Shown here one piece after another: positions 21,539 through 31,657 of a DNA stretch of 38,096 bases (position 1 is the first letter of the stretch; each line of letters begins with the position of its first letter). The notes beneath the pieces are model-generated. The model made no database searches. It had not been told where the DNA came from and saw nothing but the letters and a program-made list of their open reading frames with translations. The stretch is from NCBI GenBank assembly GCA_002104905.1, contig MCFE01000768.1, forward strand, positions 1 to 38,096, written 5' to 3'. Source of the DNA: Basidiobolus meristosporus CBS 931.73 (Eukaryota; Fungi; Basidiobolomycota). Made by a program: the position numbers and the translations under genes.

Positions 21539-22644
21539 TGTTATGATCTGCCGCTTGAATGTTTAAGTTAGATCAGTTTTTTTGTCAAATCAATTAGTAT
21601 ATGTTTAGGTTATCAGTATATCAGTATTATCTATGAAATCAGTAGCATTAGTCAGCAAATGAATCAGCAGATCCTTATCAGACAGAAATAGATATATTAG
21701 ACCTGTTCCGTTGGATAGTGCCACATTGAGCCATGAGTGCCAAATGATGCCATAGTGTGCCAGAGAGGTCAAGTAGGCCTATACTTGGCCACAGAGTGTG
21801 AAACATAGCTCTGTATCTTCATGTAAAGCAGCCCGTGTGTTTCACCCATTGCGCAGGAGAAAATCCATTTTTTGACCTTTTTCTGTGGATCAATGTAGCT
21901 CAGGATGTGTAAGAGCACAGGAGAGCTGAAGATATGCATCTGGTACTCAACACCCATGGCACTCTGAATCTAGCTACTGTAGCTTGTATCATGTCACAAA
22001 AATGAATGGCACTATCTTGGTCCACTGGTACTATCTGGCACTATAAGTGCTTTGTATAGATCTTACTTTAGGGCTAATATTTAAATATAGTGCCAGATAG
22101 TACCAGTGGACCAAGATAGTGCCATTCATTTTTGTGACATGATACAAGCTACAGGAGCTAGATTCAGAGTGCCATGGGTATTGAGTACCAGATGCATATC
22201 TTAAATCTGCTTGTGCTCTAACACATCCTGCACAACATTGATCCACAAAAAAAGGTCAAAAAATGGATTTTCTCCAACACAATGGGTGAAACACAGGGGC
22301 TGCTTTGCATGAAGATGCGGGGCTATGTTTCACACTGTGTGGTCAGGTAGAGGCTCACTTGGCCTCTCTGGCACACTATGGCATCATTTGGCACTCATGG
22401 CTCAATATGGCACTATCAAACAGAACAAGTCTATTAAGTAGGATCTTATTGGGTGATGATGATGCAATCAAATGAGTCATCAGCCACAACCTACATTAGG
22501 AAATACAATTAGTCAGCAATTGATCTGGCAAGATGTATGTAAGGAGCTGCTGGAACCTCAATAAAAATCAGTTCAAGTTTTAGTGAATACAATACTAGCT
22601 AAACTCCCTATTCCTCTACAACTCTTATACCAAGACTTGTAACA
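21539..22644 (+). repeat. Solo LTR-A interrupted by the foldback element
   Basis: TGTTATG...TTGTAACA; TSD TTTG at 21535-21538 and 22645-22648. Confidence 0.9.
21699..22432. mobile_element. Foldback element, 734 bp: 347-bp inverted arms around a 40-bp spacer
   Basis: Arms 21699-22045 and 22086-22432 are reverse complements (about 90% by eye, innermost 69 bp perfect). Termini AGAC...GTCT; TSD ATT at 21696-21698 and 22433-22435. Removing it restores the LTR-A spacing. Confidence 0.92.
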
Positions 22645-25108
22645 TTTGCGTGAAATCCATATTGTATGGTGTAGAAGTTTGCTCATGACCTTGAGAAATC
22701 TGGCATATCTTGGCAGAGTTTTCCTGATAAAAATTGGTTGCTTGTTGCACCCAACCCAATATTGCATTACTTAACTGATTACCCACTCATTGAGGCTGCT
22801 TGGCTTCTTAAGGCCATAGGCATAGGTGTCTCAATGTGCACATTTGTCCTCAGTATTTTCCAACTCTTTCTGGCTGTCCACCTTGTGCCAACTGATTACA
22901 TCCATGATGGACTTGAAGGTAATATTCTTGTTGAGATTTGGATATGGTAGTACCTGCTACTTGACTTGTCTTCCTATCACCCCACACAGCCACTCCAAAG
23001 GAAACTCCCAAAAGGTGAAGCAAGGCCTAATATTCTCCACACACCATGCAAGATGGAGTAGAGAATGGATACAGTAGCAGCCGATATCTACACATTCAGC
23101 TTTATGTTTGTAGTATAGCCACTCATATCCCATTACAAACTCTTCACACAACAGCTGTGATATGTCAAGTTGGCATTGGTGATCTGCTTCTGGATAAATG
23201 TTCCTACAATGTCCACATATGACTCCCAATTCTTCCAATGTACTCTTGGTAGGAATGGCTTCAGAATACCACTTGAATAAATACATATCCAGCTCATCCA
23301 GTCTTTGCATTTGTATTGTTGCATATGCATATGAATATTAATTGGAGCCTGTGAGATGTACCTGCAGTAGTGGATACTCTGTACTATCTTGCCAATTCTT
23401 TCAAATTTATCTGGTACCTCAAAGGGCTCATTTAGCTTAAAATGTACCATGAACAACTTGGTTATCAGTATAGGGATATTGTTGAAAAGCAAATGCATTG
23501 GTCACAGTGGAAAGCTTTTGCTCCAACAGATACCCTCTATTGGAAGTATCTCTGGTTTCTGATTGATTTCATATTCTGGCTGATGGCTTACAGCTTACCA
23601 ACTTTGCTGCAATTGCATGCTTACTTCTGTACGCTCTCTCAGTGAAAAGATGATGTTCTTAGTGCTGGTGTTTGGGTAATAATGATGTGTGCAAGTTATG
23701 GAGTAAATCCCCTAGATCTTACACATTCAACAGCAAAACCATTCATTGTGCCTGGGAAAACCTGCTATCTTGCTGATAGCTGGGGTATCTCCAATGCACA
23801 TAATAATATGCGCTTTTACATGACGGCCATTTACCCTTATCCCACTTGAAAGCATACAAAATTGATTCAGCAATGGATACAGGTAGCTATCCAGGCTGGA
23901 CGGTGATTTAGGCCCAGATACCAGTGAGACTACCTTCAGATTATTGCTGTGATACCATGAGAAGGGTGGCAAATTCAGATTGATGAAAATCAGTGGCCAG
24001 CAGGATTTGCTGGTAGAGTACTTGTTTAGTGAGAATCCATCAAGTGCTAAGGCAAAGGCATGGTCATACATACCTTCAAAGTAGCCCTTGCTTATTAGCT
24101 GTTTGTAATGTTTGCCATCAAATATATTGGGTATGTCTGCGCTTGATTGATACTGAGTGTGGTACTGTATAGCTTTGCAATATTTGTTGGACTACATCAG
24201 CTTCCTCAGACAGGGTATGACCGGAATATATCTGGAGTGTGAACAATGTTTTCCCTCAATGGTGGAGGATTCCTAACAATATGGACACATTGCAACAGTA
24301 GCATTTTTAGATGTGAATGTCCTGCAACTGTAAACAAATGCTGGAATCAGGACAGCCTCTGGATCATATGTTACCAGCTGCATGACAATCGTCCACCTGT
24401 ACCATGTGCATAGTAAGTTGCATCCTGGTATAATTTTTGCACGAAGTAGTAATAAATCCTCAAAGCCCCCATTACTGATATTAGTGGAAACATATCAATT
24501 TTCTAGCCACAACATTACATCATTCACCAGTAGATGGATTACTGGGCTCACTTGGCTCCATATAGTATCCTTTGCACTTGTTTCAATGGGTGTTGTCTCA
24601 TTGCATATAGGGATTTGACCAGGCTCATATGTGGTACCACTGTTAGGGGAGATAGGCTCAAAATCAGCCAGGTGCCAATATTGAAGTATCAACTAGCTGG
24701 CAAGATAATGTTGGTACAGTAGTGACCATGAATGGTCAAATATGACTTGGGTGGCAAAATACCAGCCATGATCCTTGTAGTATTTCCTATGCTGTCTGCA
24801 TGCTTCATGGCTGAGAGGCTTGCCACAATAGCCACATAGTCTTTTTTCTCTTCTCTCATGGTATTTAGTCAAAGTAGTCTTGTTCATGGGGCAAACAGTT
24901 TGACCTTCAACAACATAAGGCTATTATATCACTTTGTGGTCAATTCTCATATGAACTTAAGACAGTCTTGTATTTGAGACCTTGCACCTACATGAATGTC
25001 AGGTTCAATGATGACCCTCCATAGTAAGCATTATAAATAAAGTTGTGGCACCACATACACATGTATATGTAGCACTATTTCCCCTTTGGTTTGACTCACT
25101 TACATATA

Positions 25109-27049
25109 TATACTGCCAAGAAATAAAGCAAAGTTGTCCGGTTCTCAACCAAGCCCCACTGCTGACAACAACAGATGAACAATTGGACAACAGCTTGCTT
25201 TGACCTTCAGTGCAACAAGCAAGGCTACATCCAAAAAGGCTTTGTAGACAGTGTGCCCATTGAAAGTAATAATGCAGGCTCCTCAGCCTCTTAGTCAAGT
25301 AGGCCAGTGAGAACCTCTGCTGAGCCACAAGCTGACCATTATGCTCAGGCAGATGAGAATGTAGCAAACACAGTATCATCAGTTGGAGATTAGTATATGG
25401 CCATGATAACATCACCACCACTCATATTAGCAAGTATGTTGTCAGCTCATACCAAAGCATTAATGAAGCAATTAGATGCGGTGGCTGATAGGATATATGC
25501 CATGCCCCAGAGAAATCTGAAAATATTCCAGAAACAGGATGAGCAGATAGTACATGTAGAGCAATCAATATCCCAGGTAGAGAAAGCAGTATCTTTGCTG
25601 CAAGGAAAGAACTCATGTAGCTCAATGCCACAGCCAAGAATTGCACCATTTCCCAATGTAACAGCAGAAGAACACCATAGAGTCTTTGAAGCACAACAAC
25701 AGTTCCCAAAGATGCAGTCCACAGAAAAACCTATCACAGCATGGGAGGGAAACAATGTGGTGTTTATACAAAAGCCTAAAAATCAAAAGACATTGAAGAT
25801 CTGTGAAGCCATTGAGTGCAATAATGAAGAGTGGGCTGATATACAAGCGGCCATTAGAAGTCTAGCATACCATCACCATTAGGCAAGTATACCATGGGAC
25901 CATCAAGAACTCAAGGCAAAGCAGAATGCACTTCACTTATTGCATGAGCATTATCCTGGATTTAAACAGGCAAACAGATTTTGGGCCAGCATTGGTATGC
26001 TAAGAAAGTATCTTAAGAATAGCAGAAAATATCAAAGACAGAAGAACAAGGGTGCCATGGCTACAAACCAGCAGCTTCCTCAAGAGCCTGTTACAAGCAG
26101 GGCTGAAAGCTCCACACAAGCGTTAAAGAGATGTCAGGTAGCTGGAAGAGTGCCAATTAGTGACAAGCAGGCAGACATGGGTGCACCAGCACAACACTTA
26201 TCAAGGAAAAAGTGTGGTACCACTCAAGAAGCACCCAGTCAAAGTAGTGGTGAAGGACCTGGCAGTGATAAAAACCAGCCGCTTTTACAGGAGCCCATCA
26301 CAACTACAGTTGAGAGCTTAAACCAAGTGGAAAGGAAATGTCAGGTTGCCAGAGGAGAGCCAGCAAGGGACAAGCAGACCAAAACAGGTGTGTCAGAGCA
26401 GAATTTATCCAGGAGAAAACGTAGTTCTTTATAAGAAGCACTCAGACAAAGCAGCAGTAAAAGACCTGGCAGTGATATAGGAAAAGGTAAAGGGAAAAAT
26501 GTCTACTCAAGCCAGAGACAGGGAGGCATGCAAAAGAAGCTGCAGTTCTTGCCAATTAATACTGCAAGCCAGGAACAGACTGAATCCCATCAGAGCCAAG
26601 AAGAGTTACCAACAAGAAAACAGGTGTTTTCACAAGAGTTAGAAACGCAGCCAGTTGAGCTACACTCCACCATGGTAGAAGAGTTTGCTGAAAAAGGCAA
26701 TTTGTCTACCACAGCCTTCATTGTAGACAGAGTGGAGATCCCACTGACAGACAAGGCAACAATGTCCTGAGCTTGAAAGACTATCACAATTCCTTCAGTG
26801 GAGTTTTGGAATTTTAATAGGCACACCAAGAGGTTGAAGCACTTCTTCAAGAGCAGTGCTCAAGGAAATGCACTGGAATATTGCAAGGATTTATTGCAAA
26901 GACTGGCAGATGAGGAGCTATACCTTGCTATGCTGGCTGAAGACCAGGACATGTGAGAACCACTGAATGAAAAGTGGCATGAAGCCTTTGGGTCCCTGCC
27001 AAAGTTGTGGAACCAGAGTGTTACAGAAGAAATACTTATTGAGTGGTAG
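25109..27049 (+). pseudogene. CMC ORF2 pseudogene, unknown protein of ~645 codons
   Basis: In-register fragments 25397-25882, 25940-26434 and 26528-26770 continue through single stops to a tail YCKDLLQRLADEELYLA. The same gene occurs at 8783-9792 and 31643-33860. No family recognised with certainty. Confidence 0.7.
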
Positions 27050-27499
27050 ATTTTAATGGAATTACTTGTTGAGTATGGGTTGGGCTTAATGTTAGTGTAG
27101 GGTATAGAGACTTGTGTAGGTCAATACATTTGGCAATTAAGATACAACGGAAGGTCCAACAGATATATAACAACTTGTATGCATAAAAAGTAAGAGAAAT
27201 GGTTGAGTCAGGAAGTAAGGAGTGTGAAAAAGAGGTAATAGCCAATCAAATCACACAAATGTAGGAGGCAATAAAGTGTCCAGGATCAGAAAGTGAGCAA
27301 ATTGGCAGGGAACTAATCAACAGCCAATTATACATTGATGTGATTAAACATTTTGACCAAGTTTTTTGCAAAATCTGGGGCGCAATTATTTTTAAACAGT
27401 CTCTGGATTGTGTCCCAACAGGATTGGTACCTCTTAGTTGCAGGACTTTAACCTTGTGATGGCCTTTTGATGGGATCATCTCAATAAATTTTCATAGGG

Positions 27500-28213
27500 A
27501 TATATATGTCCTCTTATTGTTGGGTGTTACACCACAGAAAGTTGACTGTAGTCCTGGGTTTGATCCTTGTATGGTGTACCATACTGACCCATTGGAATAG
27601 TTAGTAGTTGTAGCCTTAGTACTGGTTTCTCATGGTCTACCTAGCAGAAGGTCAAAGTTTGCCTTCTGGCAGATGAAGAGGGGAAGCCAAACCTTGATTC
27701 CTTGGACCTCAATAGGGAACTTGTGCACTACACCATAGAGTGGCCTAGTTCCTGAGTTTGCATCAGTCATGTTCCACCCAATATCTCTACCAACAGGCAG
27801 TAGCTCCTTGCTTCTGAGTGACTTCCAGAATTCTAGCAGCATAACATAAATCTCTGAACCACTATCAATATGGCAGTCAACAGGGTCATCATATATGTAT
27901 CCTTTCACTACAGCAGTTGCAACTGAGTAAAAGGTCTCATGTCCAGTGACTTTGTCATCCTTTAGGTGGTCTTCATGGCTTGTCTGAATTATATGGGTGT
28001 CCATAGGTTCAACAGCTTGTTGTCTTGTTCTAAGCTGCTCATCAAAGGTCTTCCTAACAGATGGTGATACACTCATGATTTCTCCTACCAACAAAGTGAG
28101 GTTCTGCTTTAGTAGCTTGACAATAATCAGTTGAGGGCTTGGGTAGCTTGCTATCTTTGAGGTCATCTGAAAGTGAGGCAATGGGTCTTAGGTGGGCAGT
28201 ATACAAGGCCTCT
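27500..28213 (-). pseudogene. Gypsy-B gag-pol linker and aspartic protease
   Basis: LTLLVGEIMSVSPSVRK, CHIDSGSEI (protease D-S-G motif) and FDLLLGRP, continuing NGSVWYTI...FCVVTPNNKR. Confidence 0.85.
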
Positions 28214-29475
28214 TGTAAATGATAACCTCTGGCTCTTAAAATTGTGGTCTTTGGTTGGGTTGTATTATGATTAGTTTGGGGCTTGTTCTACAATGTAGAG
28301 GCTGATCAACAATATACAACAGCTTCCGGTATGCAATACTGAAATATTTTATTGGGAGTTTGATATACCAATAGAAGATATAACTTTCACTAATTTCCTC
28401 AATCTTAGGCTCAAAATATACTATAGGCAGTGCTTATCACTTCTACAGCAGTGTTCTGAGCTTCTGTGAACTAATGAGCTTATTTACTATTATAGTAACT
28501 TTTCCTTATTTTGAAGTCACTTTCCTGTCTGAGAAAATATTTCCCAGTATGGAAATGCTGAACCCCCCTTAACCTAAAGGGGTGTGTTGTAGATGTCTCT
28601 AGAGGGGTCTTTAGACCTAAAGTGATGTCTAAAGGTGTGTCTTTAGAGTAAAGGGGCTTCTTGCAGTGGTCTCTAAAGTGTAATTAACACTAAAGGGGTG
28701 CCTAGACGGGCTTCTTTAAAGTAAACAGTTTTCTTAAAGGGGGTCTCTAAAGGGGTCTTTAGACTAATGGGGTGTCTTTAGAGTAAAGGGGTTTCTTAGA
28801 GGGGACTTTTTCAACAGAAAAGTGATAGTTTCTTGTAGAACTTAGATTGGATTCTTGTGAGCTTTGCAGTATCTTTATTGATGTAGTGCCAATCAAAGTC
28901 AGAATACTCAGCAGTGCAAGGGATGCAGGGGAAGTCTTATAACCTTTAAACTTGTAATTGTAGTGTGGAGATTCTGGAAAGAGAGGCTCTCCCTTAATTT
29001 TTCAGCTGGGGAAGTTATATATATGAGAATTCTGAAGGATCAAAGCTTTTGAGCAATTGCGCAAGCAATACATGTGATACAAAACTAAAATTTTGCAGTG
29101 GTGCAAATTGAACATAGGCGCAGCACCTGTACAAGTGTCACGTGATTTAATTGGCTGGTTCAAAAGTTACATGCAATCAAAGTCACCATAGTAATCCTAG
29201 CAACAAGGTATATATAATAATTGGACTCTTTTGGTCATAACTCCTTAAGTACTGCTTCAAATGAGCTGTAGCTTGAAACATGTGTTGGCTACTACATGTT
29301 CTATGACATGATATTCTTGGGTGGATTGCTTGTCAGGGTCTGGAGCATTTGTCCTTTAAAGTTGGAAATTCTTGATTGTTCACTTGTGTGTTACAATAGC
29401 AAAAAGCAAAATAAAGAAATGAGTGCAATATTGGTTTAGAGATATTGTAGTAATGGAATACTCTCCATTACCACA
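28214..29475. repeat. Solo LTR-D (1262 bp) inserted in Gypsy-B gag
   Basis: TGTAAA...CCACA; flanks CCTCT (28209-28213) and CTTCT (29476-29480), a 5-bp TSD with one mismatch; second copy at 9793-10893. Confidence 0.75.
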
Positions 29476-30563
29476 CTTCTGCGGGTGGGTTTGGTGGGTT
29501 CTTCAGGGAGGTGTCTTTTAGTAGCATAGGCATCAACTTTGTATTGTCTGTTGTCAGAGCTGCTTAGACTCGCTGTATGAGTCCCAATATGGGCATCTAC
29601 AGTGATCTTTCTGGTTGCTGAGTCAGATTTCTGGAGAAGAGCTCTTGTCCTTCCTCTTTGGAAATTGGTGGGGGTCCATCTACCTTCCCTGTCAGCAAGC
29701 ATTCCACTGGCATAAAACTGCTCAGCTCCTTCTTCAAGTAGCTGACTAAGCTCTTAGCATTCTCTTCTTGCATGCTGAGTGGAGTCACACCAGATGCAGT
29801 GTCTGGGCAAAGGTCTTTGGCACTCAGTAGCTACTCCAGCTCAGCCATTAATCTTGCGGGCTAGCTTTTGTAGCTGCTCAACAAGTTGGTCAATTCTGTC
29901 AGTAGTGTAAGTCTGATTGTCAGCAACAGCACTCCTTGGTTCCTTGGTTGCCTTGTCTGGCAGATTAGGCTTTAGAAGTCTCATCAAGGTGGAAGTCTGC
30001 TTTGCCTCTGGGAGAACATGTTTCATCTCTGCAAAGCATGGAATGGCATACTTGTTGTCCTTGGCTTCATGTAAGTCAACTTTCCTTGCCAAGTCCTGGG
30101 GAAGTCCTTGTGCAAGGTAAAGTGTCATGGTAAACTCAGTTATAGCATGGGACTCTAGGAGTGGCTTGGCCATATCTTCATACTGTTGAACAAACTCTTC
30201 AAGTGGTAGCTTGGAAAGTCCAGTCCTTCCAAAGTGTCTGAGGTCTTCAATTCCATAGTATATCTGGGGTCTACCATACTTGGCCTGTAGGTAGGTCTTC
30301 ATTAAGGCCCAGTCAGTGAGAATGTCTCTTTGTCTGAGAAGCTTACTGGTAATATCATTGGTGCAGTAGTAGAGGAAGTCTTCAGCCATTTCTTGTTCAG
30401 ATAGGCTGCACATCTTGCACAGCTTCTCCCATTTGAATACAAAGCTTTCTACATTCTTTCCATCAAGCTGTGGGACTCCATGTGAGAGTGTTAATGGTAT
30501 AGAGCTCATTTTGGGTAGGTAGGTTGGTGTTTTAATCTTGATGATATTGGTAATCTCTTTCAA
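29476..30563 (-). pseudogene. Gypsy-B gag
   Basis: ORF 29841-30563 (PQLDGKNVESF...DW..MK..L) continues in frame through stops into the zinc knuckle CIWCDSTQHARREC. Confidence 0.8.
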
Positions 30564-30649
30564 TAAGTAGATAATGGCACAAATCCTCAGGAAAATCTTG
30601 TTGGGTCCTAGGGAGCTTGTATGAGCCCCCTAAGTTGGGTACCAACTTA

Positions 30650-31080
30650 CATGGTGGTGTATAGGTCCACAGAAGAGATGGGACCAGCACTTCTCAAGTG
30701 TTTAGTGTGTGGGGTGTTCACTGGGTGCAATAACCTCTGGCAAAAGCTTGCTAGGAATACTTGGGTTCTGTCTCTAATCTAATGTGAAGGGGAATAAAGC
30801 CACAAGCTTGTCAAGGGAAAACTATTTAGCTACAATCCCCAACTTAGTTGGTGTCTTAACAAAAGTATGTGCTGGGTTCAGCGTCCTTTGAGATGACAAT
30901 GTACTAAAGCTTCTAAAGTCAAAACAACTGTAAACTCCACCAGCAGGGACTTGATGAGAATGCGGCTGTGGTCAATAGTTACAAAGACAGAAAAGTATCT
31001 TTGCATGTACAAGAACAAACTTGGGAAAGAATCAAATATAATAAAAGATACCTACTCTGAGTATTCTTCACAAGTAGTGC
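30650..31080 (-). repeat. Gypsy-B 5' LTR, inner 430 bp only
   Basis: Aligns to 12557-12988 and 1895-2325; truncated at ~31080. Confidence 0.85.
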
Positions 31081-31087
31081 AGCTGCA

Positions 31088-31657
31088 AATCCATTTCTTG
31101 ATCTTTTTTTCTGGATCTATGGTGTTCAGGTTATGTAAGAGCACAAATGCATTGAAGACATGCTACAGGTACTCAATACCCGTGGCACTCTAAATCTAAC
31201 ACCTGTGGCTTGTAACATGTCACAAAAATGCATGGCACTGTCTTGGTCTACTGGTACTATATGGCACTATAAGTGCTTTGTATTGATCTTACTTTAGGGC
31301 TAATATTTAAATATAGTGCCGGATAGTACCAGTGGACCAAGATAGTGCCATGCTTTTTTGTGACATGTTACAAGCCACAGGAGCTAGATTCAGAGTGCCA
31401 TGGGTATTGAGTACCAGAGGTATATCTTCAATCCTTTAGTGCTCTTGCACATCCGCACAATATTGATCCACAAAAAAATGTCAAAAAATGGATTTTCTCC
31501 TTCATCATAGGTGAAATATAGGGGCTGCTTTGCATGAAGATGCAGATCTATGTTTCACACTCTGTGGCCAAGTATAGGCTCACTTGGCCTCTCTGTCACA
31601 CTATGGCATCATCTGGCACTCATGGCTCAATGTGGCACTATCCTACGGAACAAGTCT
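31088..31657. mobile_element. Foldback element, third copy (left arm truncated)
   Basis: Same arms and near-identical 40-bp spacer; right end CGGAACAAGTCT followed by AAT. Confidence 0.88.

Larger units (their letters stand above)
21130..24887 (-). pseudogene. Tnp2-family (Transposase_21-like) transposase pseudogene, ~880 codons
   Basis: N-terminal CGYCGKPLSHEACRQH; IFDGKHY; ALALDGF...WPLIFINLNLPP...GPKSPSSLDSYLYPL...GDTPAISKIAG; YKCKDW; HSLLHL...FWEFPLEWLCG. Many stops and frameshifts; the 3' end is approximate. Confidence 0.9.
20727..27499. mobile_element. Full-length CACTA/CMC (EnSpm-like) DNA transposon with two divergent ORFs (~5.7 kb without the nested LTR)
   Basis: Terminal inverted repeat CCCTATGAAAA at 20727 and TTTTCATAGGG ending 27499; 2-bp TSD AT (20725-20726, 27500-27501). 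CCCTA fits the CMCWR terminal consensus. Inserted between Gypsy-B protease and RT. Confidence 0.85.
12557..31080 (-). mobile_element. Ty3/Gypsy family B element (decayed; ~5.8 kb of own sequence) carrying three large nested insertions
   Basis: LTR-B at both ends (about 90% identical by eye over the shared part). Gag, protease, RT, RNase H and integrase lie in Gypsy order on the minus strand. Host sequence rejoins across each nested insertion. The outer end of the 5' LTR is deleted, so the TSD cannot be tested. Confidence 0.8.

Noticed and set aside
28570-28810. Possible CRISPR-like or telomere-like array
   Set aside because: Units are degenerate and irregularly spaced, lack unique constant-length spacers, and lie inside a solo LTR in a eukaryotic context.
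30617-30630. GTATGAGCCCC resembling the Copia PBS
   Set aside because: Wrong strand for Gypsy-B priming and no Copia LTR is adjacent; treated as coincidence or part of a hairpin.
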